Assembly (NCBI RefSeq): GCF_001194135.2
Contig: NC_068985.1
Span: 81,125,646-81,179,012, forward strand
Direction: 5' to 3'
DNA length: 53,367 nt
DNA from: Octopus bimaculoides
Taxonomy: Eukaryota
The notes beneath the pieces are model-generated. The model did no database searches. It had not been told where the DNA came from and saw nothing but the letters and a program-made list of their open reading frames with translations. The position numbers were made by a program, and so were the translations under genes. This document shows, piece by piece, positions 1 through 10,424 of the stretch; position 1 is the stretch's first letter; every line of letters begins with the position of its first letter.

Positions 1-96
1 GTAATGTTGCCAGTTTAGTTGCCAGTGATCCAACCATGCAACAAATTGTACTGGGCTATATGTTACAAATAGTGTAAGACCAATCTGACATAATAT

Positions 97-176
97 GTGT
101 TTGTGTGTTTGTGTGTGTGTGCATGTGTGTGTGTGTGTGCATGCGTGTGTGTGTGTGTGAGTGTGTATATATATAG
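97..176. repeat. (TG)n/(TA)n microsatellite
   Basis: Directly visible dinucleotide run. Confidence 0.95.
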
Positions 177-189
177 GGTAAAAAAATCT

Positions 190-483
190 GTGGTCATAAA
201 TAACCATGGCATTGCACCTAGAAAGTTCCTCTGTGAGGCACAAGCCTGAGCAACGTTGTTTATGGAAGACCAGTAGTCACCCATGCATACCAGTCTCCCC
301 TCTCCATGCCACTGATGTTATCCAAGGAAAGGGCAAAGGGAGATACAGCTTGGCACCAGTGATGTTGCAACTCATTTCTTCAGCTCAGTGAATTGGAACA
401 ACATGAAATAAAGTATCTTGCCCAATAACACATTACACAGCCCAATCCGTGAATCAAACACACTACCTCATGACTGTGAGTCT
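190..483 (-). mobile_element. tRNA-derived CORE-like SINE, family A, with 5' head partly missing
   Basis: Reverse complement aligns by eye with 35980-36325 (e.g. tggtcataaataaccatggcattgcacctagaaagttcctc versus the rc of gaggaacctcttaggtgcacccatggttattcgtgacca). Carries the CORE-like block (rc of ttcagctcagtgaattggaacaacatgaaataaagtatcttgccc). Confidence 0.75.
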
Positions 484-499
484 ATATATGTATGACTGA

Positions 500-672
500 A
501 CACTATTCAATTTTTTTTCTCCGTGTTTTTCTCCTTGTCTCCGTATTCTTTCTGTTGAAGAGCGTAGCTCGAAACGTCAAAGACTTTCCGTATTCCCGAG
601 CGTCATACTAATATATACTTTTGTTATTTACACCACCTGTCCTCGTCTGTTGTTATTATTTGTATATTCTCC
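500..672 (+). mobile_element. Penelope-like element terminal (pseudo-LTR) fragment
   Basis: Pyrimidine-rich segment containing tgaagagcgtagctcgaaacgtc, the hammerhead-like signature typical of PLE termini; ends in a microsatellite. Confidence 0.6.
547..583 (+). ncRNA. Minimal type I hammerhead-ribozyme-like motif with variant core
   Basis: Stem I TCTTT(547-551)/AAAGA(579-583); core CTG-TTG-AAGA(552-561); short stem II G562..C570; GAAA(571-574); palindromic stem III ACGT(574-577); GTC cleavage triplet ending at 578. Confidence 0.55.
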
Positions 673-673
673 C

Positions 674-674
<1 letters not shown>

Positions 675-738
<64 letters not shown>
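675..738. repeat. (TA)n(CA)n microsatellite
   Basis: Directly visible. Confidence 0.95.
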
Positions 739-739
<1 letters not shown>

Positions 740-2140
740 AATTCTCTTTTTGCATGGTTTTGAAATAATACAGTCTAACAAAAAGAACCGATTTTTTTTG
801 CACTATTTTTTTTTACTTTAACATGGTTTAAACAGCTGTACTTGTGTGACCACTGAATTTATTGCAAGTGGCAAGTAAACGATTAAGTAACATCAATTAA
901 TTATAATTTACAAAATGCTGAGACTTTGCATAACATGATTAAGTAACAATTTAGCAAAGTAAAATAGAATCCAATCTATTTATTCCGTACAGTGATCCTC
1001 CACTCTCTGGTGTGGGTGGAACCTATGCATTGTACATACCTCTGGCTGTGTGTAACTGCTCTATCAGATGGTGCATGGCAGCAGTCAAACGCATTGAGTC
1101 TAATATGAAAGACATGTTGTGTGTTTAATCCTCTGCTATATTTTTTATTTGCAATCGTGATAGTGATAACCTACCCCAAAATGTTGTTTGATACATCTAA
1201 GAAAAATGAAAGAGCATCACTTTCTTTGGAAACAAAGATCAATATTTTGGATTGTCTTCATAAGCGCAAAAGTGCAGCATCTTTGGGTAGAGCTTTCTGC
1301 CTGAATGAAGCTACGATAACAACGATCAAAAGGAATGATGCCATCATTAGTAGATCTACAGCTTCTGGAACAAAATTGTCTGCCAAGTCGTTGTCATATA
1401 CAAAAGACATGATTCAATAAAGAATGGAGAAAGCGTTAATAATATGGAAAGAAGAAAACAACCAAAAAAGGATACCAGTAGATGGTAAAACCCTAAAACA
1501 GATTACAAGACGATTAATGATCTGGTGTCATCAAATGCATTACATCTGTCTAGTGATAAAAGGAAGAATGAATGTGCTGCAAGTATGAGATGGCTTACAA
1601 AATTCTTTGAAAGACACACACTGCATAATATAAAAATAGGAGGTGAAATTTCATCGGTAGATAAGACTGCTGCTGAAGAATTTCTTCCAAAACTAGCCAA
1701 AATAATTGAAGAAGGCAGTTACATTTCAGATCAAGTTTTCAACGTAGATGAAACTGATGACTTTTGGAAAAAAATTCCAAACAGCATGTATATAGCAAAA
1801 TTAGAGAAAAGTGCCAGTGGTTTTAAGGCAGTTAAAGACCATGTAACTTTCTGCTTATGTAGCAACGCTTCAGGAGATTGTTTGTTAAAGCAGTTATTAA
1901 TTAATCGATCAGTTTGTCCGTGTGCAATGAAAGGTGTAGACTTAAGTAAATTACCAGTTCATTGGAGAGCCAATAAAAAGATCATGGATGACTGTAGAAA
2001 TACTTACTGAATGGTCGAACAACTGCTTTGTTCTTGAAATAAGAAGATATATGGAAGATAAAGGTCTTGAGTTTAAAGTCCTTTTACTTATAGACAATGT
2101 ACCTGGTCATCCAGATTTGGAACACCCAAATGTAAAAGTC

Positions 2141-2363
2141 ATACAGTTCTCTATTTAAGAGATGAGGAATTATGTACATTATTTACATTTGAAGGATATT
2201 TGTCCTCATCTTGTTTGTTGTTAACACAGTGTTTCCTAAGGAATGAGAACCCAGGTTCGAAATTTCCCCAAGGCACCTGATGAAGGCTGGAGGGTATATT
2301 GGCTGAAAAATTGTGTTAACAACAAACAAGAAGAGGACAAATATCTGTCAAATGTAAATAATG
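2141..2363 (+). mobile_element. Penelope-like terminal insertion with inverted 5' arm, inside the Tigger transposase
   Basis: Flanked by the 10-bp duplication TGTAAAAGTC (2131-2140, 2364-2373). Removing the insert and one copy restores the frame PNVKV|VFLLPNTT. 60-bp inverted arms at 2176-2235 and 2305-2364 with 5 mismatches by eye. Confidence 0.8.
2272..2317 (+). ncRNA. Degenerate type I hammerhead-ribozyme-like motif
   Basis: Stem I GGCAC(2272-2276)/GTGTT(2313-2317); core CTGATGA(2277-2283) plus extra A; wobble-rich stem II GGCTG/TGGCT; GAAA(2305-2308); stem III decayed (AAAT instead of a palindrome). Confidence 0.5.
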
Positions 2364-3221
2364 TGTAAAAGTCGTATTCTTGCTACCTAATACAACATCA
2401 CTGATTCAACCACTTCATCAGTGTATAAATTCAACATTCAAATCATATTACATCCAGCAAACATTTGAATACTTTATAGATGAACTAGAAAAAAATGGTA
2501 CACTTTCAATCATTCAAGCATGGAAAAAGTTTACTATAATTGTGTTAAATATGCTGCTCTGGTTTTATCCAAATAAAAACCATCCACCTTAAATGAATGC
2601 TGGAGATCACTTTGGCTAGAATGTGTAAAACCTAAAAACCTCATATCTAATATAAATAGGAACGAATTACATTCTGATATCATCACTTTGTCAGATCAGA
2701 TTAGCAGAGAAGATTTTGAAGAATTAATAATTGAAGATGTTGAATTAACAATTGATGAAACTCCTAATGAAGAACAAATTATAGAGAGCACTTCAGGGAG
2801 TGTATATGATTCCACATTAGTTTATAGTAGTGACAATGAAGAAGTGGGTTCCACCATCTGAAAGTACAATTCTAGAAGACCCCCAAATAACCAATAAACT
2901 TGGAAATCATTTTCTTACAAATGATAACAATGTTGAATGAGCTGTGCAACTCCAACGTGATTTGAAAATGATTATGACATGTTATGAAGAATCATATGAA
3001 GAACTAACAAAAACAAAATCATAGCATCTGATAACCAAATTCGTATTCAAAACCATTGAAACAAAAGAAACACAAGATGCTAATTTTATTCATGATACAC
3101 ATGAAGATATATTGCCATTAAATATTTCCATTGATGAGAGTGATTTTGTGCCACTGAAGAACAACAGAAAGCGGGCACATTTACTGTCTAGCAGTGACAG
3201 TGAATGACTGAATGATTATGT

Positions 3222-3222
3222 G

Positions 3223-3272
<50 letters not shown>
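3222..3272. repeat. (TA)n microsatellite
   Basis: Directly visible. Confidence 0.95.
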
Positions 3273-3275
<3 letters not shown>

Positions 3276-3444
3276 TGTACAAATAAAAAATTCAATTTAT
3301 TTGCATATGAAAATTAACATTTTTTTATTAAATATGTTTGGATGGAACCTGTCTCTAATTTTCATATGTACACTGTATATTTTTTACACGATTTTATTTT
3401 GCATGGTAGACTCTGGAATATATCCGCCATGCAAAAAGAGAATT

Positions 3445-3882
3445 GAGTATATATATCTTATAACTAAAAGACTCTGATCTCCAATACTCAGATTTACACA
3501 TTTCTGGTCATCAGCTGGTAAACTGAGCCTGGTTTTCTTTTGAATATCCATTCTCTGAATATGTTTTTTGAAATATGAAATGAAAGTTTGAAAGAAATGC
3601 TTATCCATATGTTCATTCATTTAAAAAACTTTGTGAATAACATGTGTGCAAACAGCTCCTTCAGGCTCATGGTTTTGATTTCATTTCTTGTTCTTGTGGT
3701 AGTATTATTATAAACATCATAAACTCCATACTATCAAAGTTATGAAATTGTGTTACTGTTCCAAAATAATTCAGTGGATATTTAAAAGAAAACCAGGTTT
3801 GATTTACCAGGTGATGATTGGAAACAAGCTACTCTTGAGTTCTGGAAATCCAAGTCTTTCGGTTATAATATATTAAATACTC
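3445..3882. repeat. Diverged inverted repeat (about 115-bp arms, about 200-bp spacer)
   Basis: The rc of 3445-3560 (ggatattcaaaagaaaaccaggctcagtttaccagctgatgacc...gagtcttttagttataagatatatatactc) aligns with 3768-3882 (ggatatttaaaagaaaaccaggtttgatttaccaggtgatgatt...aagtctttcggttataatatattaaatactc). Confidence 0.8.
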
Positions 3883-3974
3883 TACAATTGCATTGAGTCC
3901 TATAATCTATCACTTCTGGTGAATCAAAAAAGATTTGTATATATATATATATATATATATATATGTAAATGTAG

Positions 3975-4226
3975 AGTAAAGTTACTTTCTCAAGTCATAC
4001 CAACTTGTAAGGGCTAATTTCCAGTTTCATGGCATATATATTCCCCACCTGGACGGGATGCTGATTCTTCACAAGATTACTCATTTTTGTCAGCTGAGTG
4101 CACTGGAGCAATGTGAAATGAAGTGTTTTGCTCAAGAACACAATGCATCACCTAGTCCAGGTATCAAAACCACAATCTTACAATCATGAGTCCAACATCC
4201 TAACCACTATGTTGCACACCTCCACT
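3975..4226 (-). mobile_element. tRNA-derived CORE-like SINE with a different 3' tail
   Basis: rc of the CORE-like block cagctgagtgcactggagcaatgtgaaatgaagtgttttgctcaagaacaca and a tRNA-like head (cctaaccact = rc of agtggttagg). Confidence 0.75.
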
Positions 4227-4259
4227 AATATAAATATGTATTTATATATTCATATACAT

Positions 4260-4298
<39 letters not shown>

Positions 4299-5103
4299 AA
4301 ATATATATGTATACACACACGCACATATGGCTATTTTATTGTATGCACTTAAGTTCCTTGAACTTCCCAAGATTTATTTTTATTCATTTAGTGATATTGG
4401 AATGGTGCTACAGAATCTTTGATTTTTCTTTTCTTTTGTATGCAGTTATATCTATCAGTGCGCGCAATTAATTCCAAAGTAGATTTTCTTTTAATAAGAA
4501 ATTTTAAATTTTAATTTGAAATGATTTTTTAATGTTTTAATTTTTCTAATATCTTGACTTTTCTTAGAACTATACGACATAAATTTTAAACTAATTTGCA
4601 TACATTTTTTAAAATCTTTAAACAATTCAGATTCTTTCGAAAAGTGTTTGAATGTTCTATTTTCTTCTTTATGTATTTTATTTTGCAAGCAGCTCAGTTT
4701 TTCTGATTCAGTACTAAAGTGTAAACTGAAGCAGTAATCAAATTCCTGTCTATAATATCAGTGCAATATGTTAAATAGGCACTTATTGCTTAATTCAATC
4801 ATTCAATTTAAATACCTGTTATTTTTCTTTTCTTTTATTTTAACATTTTGTATGTGTGCATTTGTGTGTCTGAAAATATACATACGCACCTACATAGATA
4901 CATAGATATACAGATAGATACTTTAATATTTATATTAGGACTGCTTTGCTTCTTGCATTATTTATCTATTCTTGTGCATTGATTGTGAAGAATGTTTGAA
5001 AAATAACTGTATTTGAAGTTAAGTGTACTACTTTCCTTTCTGTCTTATCATATAATTAGTCTTATAATTTTACTTTATTCCTGGTAGCAGATTTGTTAAT
5101 ACA

Positions 5104-5265
5104 TGTAGGTACAGGCATGGATGTGTGGTGAAGTTTGCTTCCCATCCATTGCATGGCATTTTAAGCAAGTGTCATATACTATAGTCCTGGACTGACTAAT
5201 GCCTTGTGAATGGATTTGGTAGATGGAAACTGAAAGAATCCCATGGCATATATGCATACAAAATC
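5104..5265 (+). mobile_element. SINE family B head/body (tRNA-like head ... ggatttggtagatggaaactgaaaga)
   Basis: The same motif recurs at 19103-19251 (-), 28945-29166 (-), 29740-29900 (-), 49810-49970 (+), 50703-50870 (-) and 51655-51830 (+). Confidence 0.75.
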
Positions 5266-5336
5266 ATATCCCAGTGTACTATGAACACACTGTCATTGTA
5301 AAAGGGAGAAGTTTTTCTATAACATACACAACAGCA

Positions 5337-5719
5337 GGAGGCGCAATGGCCCAGTGGTTAGGGCAGCGGACTCGCGGTCATAGGATCACGGTTTCGATTC
5401 CCAGACCAGGCTTTGTGAGTGTTTATTGAGTGAAAACACCTAAATCTCCACGAGGCTCCAGCAGGGGATGGTGCCGAACCCTGCTGTACTCTTCCACCAC
5501 AACTTTCTCTCACTCTTACTTCCTGTTTCTCTTGTGCCTGTAATTCAAAAGGTCAGCCTTGTCACACTGTGTCACGCTGAATATCCCCGAGAACTACGTT
5601 AAGGGTACACGTGTCTGTGGAGTGCTCAGCCACTAGCACGTTAATTTCATGAGCAGGCTGTTCCGTTGATCGGATCAACTGGAACCCTCGACGTTGTAAG
5701 CGATGGAGTGCCAACAACA
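5337..5719 (+). mobile_element. Young tRNA-derived SINE with target-site duplication
   Basis: A box TGGCCCAGTGG and B box GGTTTCGATTCC; CpGs retained; 11-bp TSD ACACAACAGCA (5326-5336, 5720-5730); near-identical copy at 18707-19090. Confidence 0.9.
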
Positions 5720-5841
5720 ACACAACAGCAACTAGCATATTTTGCATTCAAATTTGATAAGATATATTAAGAATGAATATGCAGTACCTTGTTTCAGATC
5801 TCACTGTACATGGTGCAAATAACAATTTTTAATAATAACAA

Positions 5842-5885
<44 letters not shown>

Positions 5886-5899
5886 TTTTAACCACTCCA

Positions 5900-6716
5900 A
5901 GTACAACAATGAATAATGGACACTATAAAGATTGGCTGCAAAAGGAGTGAGATGTTTTTATATTGAGTAAAAAAGGAAAAATCAAGATAAACATAAACAT
6001 ATCACTTGGAGAATATAAAATATAAAAGATGCATCCTTATGAAGAGTTATTTACTTGATGAAGCTAAACAAATCATAAATCTCTCCCTGCACCTCAAAAA
6101 TCTCATCCTTCTAGGAATTACAGATAAAAAATTGAGAGTGGAACCATGCTGTCACACCATTCTCACACCACTCTCACTTGAATTTCAGCAAATTTACTTG
6201 AGGGTAACACTTCCTTGGAAATACTCACTCTTTTTCATGCAGTTATTGAAACAGTTGATGAAAGTTTTGATCAAAGAGGAAATTTTGTTGACAATCCTCT
6301 CAATCTTATCCACTACATTACTTTACTTGACATAACCTCTAGAAAACAGAAAACTAACTGTCCTTATCAAAGAAAGCAGGTTGACCCTTATGTTAGACTA
6401 AGCTGACAGGTAGATTGGTCCAACACATAACAACAAGTGTTTAACATAACTCCTTAAGTTAATAATGTTTAGATACCAAATGAGGGAATGAAGAATAGTT
6501 TCTTCATCATGCCTGCATCTAGGAAAGGCTGTGCCATGCTTAGAGAGTTTATCTTTAACTGGCAATGCTTCGTTATAACACTGTTTAGCCAAGTACTTTT
6601 GGAAGTTGTCTTGAAAGCCCTCCAGTATAGACTGTTCAGACTGTCCTCATCAATGGCTTGAAATTTCCCAAGTTGCTATCCATCATAACCTCCATAAACC
6701 ATTTGGAAGATAATGA
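5900..6716 (-). mobile_element. L1/Tx1-clade LINE 3' fragment (zf-RVT region), decayed
   Basis: Minus frame DNFQKYLAKQCYNEALPVKDKLSKHG..FPRCRHDEETILHSL resembles the C-terminal zinc-binding region of L1/Tx1 ORF2 (LPV.D.L...CP.C...ET..H). Confidence 0.7.
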
Positions 6717-6717
6717 T

Positions 6718-6790
6718 TCTTCTTCTTCTTCTTCTTCTTCTTCTTCTTCTTCTTCTTCTTCTTCTTCTTCTTCTTCTTCTTCTTCTTCTT

Positions 6791-6859
<69 letters not shown>

Positions 6860-6860
6860 T
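6718..6860. repeat. Compound (TCT)n(TAT)n microsatellite at the 3' end of the Dong/R4 LINE
   Basis: Directly visible; produces the poly-S/Y/K/R/L ORFs in the track. Confidence 0.95.
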
Positions 6861-9232
6861 TCATATTCACACAACTGTTGCAAAAGAAAAAAATCCTAAC
6901 ATCAGACTACAACAAGTAACCTTACATGCCAAGAACCCTCCAAAGTATCCTAGCTGTCCCTAATAACACTGTTTTCTGGGGTTGTACTAAACTGGATTTT
7001 ATCCCTATTTCCTCTATCCATCTGCTCAAATATTTAGGGATAGTTCCCATTGCACCTATAACTACTGCACTTTCCATAGTCTCTGTAATTTAATGGCTTG
7101 GTCCTGATACTTTGATATTTTTTCTATTCCTCTTATATTGATCGTTTCATCATTTGGGACTGTAAAGTCAATTATCTGGCATTTCTATTCTCTTTATCTA
7201 CTACTACTACTACTACTAAATCAAGCTTTCTAGCTTCTATTATTCTGTCAGTCTGAATGTTAAAGTCACACAACATCTTGTATTTCTTACTTTCTAATAC
7301 TTTACTAGGTTCATGTTCATACAATTTATCACTATGTTTAACTCCCAGTGGATTACACTCCTTAGGTTGTCATGTCTTTTCTTGTATTCTTTCTGTGTCA
7401 ACATGATACATTCACTTACTATATGAGTAATGCTTTCCTCTTTTGATTTGCATAACCTATATTGGGAATCTACTTGGTTTTTCTCTATCTTGGCATTTAT
7501 CCAATTGGTCCTTAATGCTTGATCCTGTGCTGCTACTAACAAACTCTCTGTCTCCCTTTCAGCTTTCATTTCTGCAACCATAACCATGTTTCACTACTAC
7601 TATTTGCTGTAATAATCATTAGGAATATGCCATGCAACACCTTCTCTTGCCAATCAGATAATTTCTGTTCTTTTTTCTGTTTTTTAACTTCGTTTGGGTT
7701 TTTGGTTTCACTGTGTCTTGTTGCGACTCTAGCAGCTTTTAATAAACTTTTTTCACTATTACCTACGTAAGAGTCTGTATCTACTCTAGCTAACTCTACG
7801 CAGTCTTCTACTGATATTAACCCTCTTTTGCTTTCCTTTCTAGGTAAGTATAATCTTGCTACTCCTGCCCTTGGGTGGAATTCTCCATTCATATTGAATT
7901 CCTTCCTAGTTCTTCTGTCTAGCTTTGCTAGTTCAGTTTTTGTTCAATCTACAAAAGCTGCTGAGTATCTAAGTAATGATATTGCCCAAGTATTTACAGC
8001 CCTCACTAGATTCGGATCATTTAGCTTTGACTTCATTAGCTTCCTCACCCTTCTGATGCACTCCTTCTCAATTTTTGTTTTCATTTCTATAGTTAGTTCT
8101 TTGTCAGATTCTAATACTCCTAGATCCTTATAACTCTCTTCTCTTTTCAATAATTTTAATGTCTGACCATCTGGTAATTGGATGCCTTCGCTGTTAACTA
8201 CCTATCCCCTTCTCATGACTAATATTGCACATTTATCTATATTAATTTCCATGCCTATATCTTTGCTGAAGGGTCTTACAATCTGTATTATGGAATCTAT
8301 CTCTTTTTCATTCGTACCAAAAAAGCTTCAAATCAACCATGTAGAGCAAATGGTTAAGTTTTCTTTTACTATCTCGGAACTGATACCCGGCCTTTGCCTT
8401 CCTTAATACTAAACCGAGGGGGATCAAACATAAGATAAATATTAAAGGGGACAACGAGTCCTTCTAGAAAATTCCTCTTTTGATATTAACATTCCCTAAG
8501 AGTGTGTCACCTGAATAGAGATCTACTTTCCATTTCTTCATGCTAAAGCTGATTTATTCTCTATGTTGTCTGCTGTACTGGATATACTCAAGTATTCACT
8601 TATCCATGAGTGTGGGATCATGTCATAGGCTTTCCTACAATCTATCCATGCTATTGTTAGATTTTTCTTTCTAGCTTTTACTTCATTTAGAACTTCTTTG
8701 TCTATGATTATGTGTTCCTCTCATCTTCTCATCTTCTTCCTGCAACCTTTCTGTTCTTCTGGCAGTAAATTCTAGTTGTCAAGGTGCTTGTAAATGCTTT
8801 CTGAAAGCATTCCTGTTAACAGCTTCCCACACTAATGGTAAGCGAGTGATTGATCTATAGTTGCTAGCTGTATTGCCCTTGCTTTTATCTTTCATAATGA
8901 GTATTGTCCTCCCTCTAGTTATCCAATCTGGTTTTATTCCTCCATTAGAGCAATCCTGAAGTTGTTCCTTCAGCCTCCGATGTAAACAACTAAATTTTTT
9001 TAGCCAGTACCTTTGAACTAAATCTGGTCCTGGGCCTATCTAATTAGGCAACTTTTCCTAACACTTTACTCATTAATGCACCAGTTAGTCTAAGATCTGG
9101 CTGCTACTCACTCACTATTTCTTCCCTCACTTTCTTTAACCATACTGCATCTCCATTATGATTGACTGGCTTATCCCAAATATTACTCCAGAACTTTCTA
9201 GCTTCTGCATTAGGTTTCTCATCTTCATCTTC
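6861..9232 (-). mobile_element. Dong/R4-clade non-LTR retrotransposon (RT + zinc knuckle + restriction-like endonuclease), 5'-truncated and dead
   Basis: Minus-strand motifs: GPGPDLVQ..YWL (RT start); DSLSP; YMVDLK (decayed YMDD); FHPRAGVARLYLPRKESKRGLISVEDC; ETESLLVAAQDQALRTN; YRLCKSKEESITHIVSEC (zinc knuckle); KEYKKRHDN; C-terminal QKTVLLGTARILWRVLGM*. Confidence 0.88.
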
Positions 9233-9274
9233 ATATTATTATTATTATTATTGTTGTTATTGTTATTATTATTA

Positions 9275-9491
9275 AGGTGGCAAGCCTGGCAGAATTGATA
9301 GCACACCAGATGAAATGTTTAGCGGTATTTCGTCCATCTTTACATTCTGAGTTCAAATTCCACCAGGGTTGACTTTGCCTTTTATCCTTTTGGGGTCGAT
9401 AAATTAAGTACCAGTGAAACACTGGGGTTGATGTAATTGACTAGCCCCCCTCAGCCCCCAAATTTCAGGCCTTGTGCCTATAGTAGAAAGG

Positions 9492-9492
<1 letters not shown>
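9275..9492 (+). mobile_element. tRNA-derived SINE family D
   Basis: Head aaggtggcaagcctggcagaattgatag, B box gagttcaaattcc, body gataaattaagtaccag; followed by (TTA)n. At least seven copies in the window. Confidence 0.85.
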
Positions 9493-9556
<64 letters not shown>

Positions 9557-9924
9557 TACTTAGGAAGTAGGATGAACTATAATGAAGGCAATTTCCAGTG
9601 AGTCTTAGTTTTGTCATCACCATCAACAAATTGCAAGGGCAAACATTTTCAGTTACATGTTTACAACTTGACGAGCCCAGCTTCACCCATGGTCAGCTTT
9701 ACAGTGGATGTTCAAGAGTGGGAAGTAAGAAAAATCTTTACATTTATGCACTAAATGAAAAAATAAAAGAAAAATACATCGTTTATCAAGACTTTATAAA
9801 TTGCCCAAAATAATGCAGAAATCTATCCTGATCAAGAGGCCTATCTGTCAGGAAAGACATGGTCTGACATGGGGAAAAGAAATTGAAACAAAGGCTCCTG
9901 AGTGCCAATGGCAATGATGATGAT

Positions 9925-10377
9925 AATGATTTCAAATTTTGGCACAAGGCCAACAAGTTTTGGAGGAAGAGGTAAGTCAATTACATCAACTGGTACATAT
10001 TTTATTTACCCTAAAAGGATGAAAGGCAAAGTCAACCTCGGCAGAATTTGAACTCAGAATGTAAAGATAGATGAAATGCTGTTAAGCATTTTGCCTGGTG
10101 TGGTAACAATTCTTATTTCTTTATTGCCCACAAGGGGCTAAACATAGAGGGGACAAACAAGAACAGACAAAAGGATTAAGTCGATTACATCGACCTCAGT
10201 GCGTAACTGGTACTTAATTTATCGACCCTGAAAGGATGATAGGCAAAGTTGACCTCGGTGGAATTTGAACTCAGAACATAATGGCAGACGAAATACTGCT
10301 AAGCATTTCGCCCGGAAGGGTAACGTTTCTGCCAGCTCACTATGTGGTAAAAATTCTGTCAACTCGCCAACTTTAGA
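9925..10377 (-). mobile_element. Family D SINE with a second family D SINE (10114-10342) nested inside
   Basis: Duplication TGTGGTAACAATTCT (10099-10113) / TGTGGTAAAAATTCT (10343-10357); the host head resumes after the second copy. Confidence 0.8.
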
Positions 10378-10424
10378 AATAGTAATAATAATTACATCAA
10401 CATCAAAATAAAAATCAAATGGAA

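Larger units (their letters stand above)
1181..3207 (+). pseudogene. Tigger/pogo (CENP-B-like HTH + DDE_1) transposase pseudogene, frameshifted and interrupted
   Basis: Fragments: SLSLETKINILDCLHKRKSAASLGRAFCLNEATITTIK (psq-type HTH); ASMRWLTKFFERH (CENP-B HTH); DQVFNVDETDDFWKKIPNSMYI and KDHVTFCLCSNASGD (DDE_1); IDNVPGHPDLEHPNVKV|VFLLPNTTSLIQPLHQCINSTFKSYY. Multiple stops and frameshifts. Confidence 0.92.
990..3375 (+). mobile_element. Decayed Tigger/pogo-family DNA transposon
   Basis: Contains the transposase remnant below. Candidate ends are TA|CAGTG at 988-994 and CACTG|TA at 3371-3377, but the inverted match is only about 5 bp, so the boundaries are uncertain. Confidence 0.7.

Noticed and set aside
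5337-5410. tRNA-like sequence with A and B boxes (also 18707 and other SINE heads)
   Set aside because: No complete cloverleaf or acceptor stem; continues directly into SINE bodies, so not tRNA genes.
6658-6963. ORFs with poly-Ser/Tyr/Lys/Arg/Leu/Asn tracts (also 9465-9686, 21051-21307, 40855-41040)
   Set aside because: Translations of trinucleotide microsatellites, open in several frames only because the repeat lacks stops.
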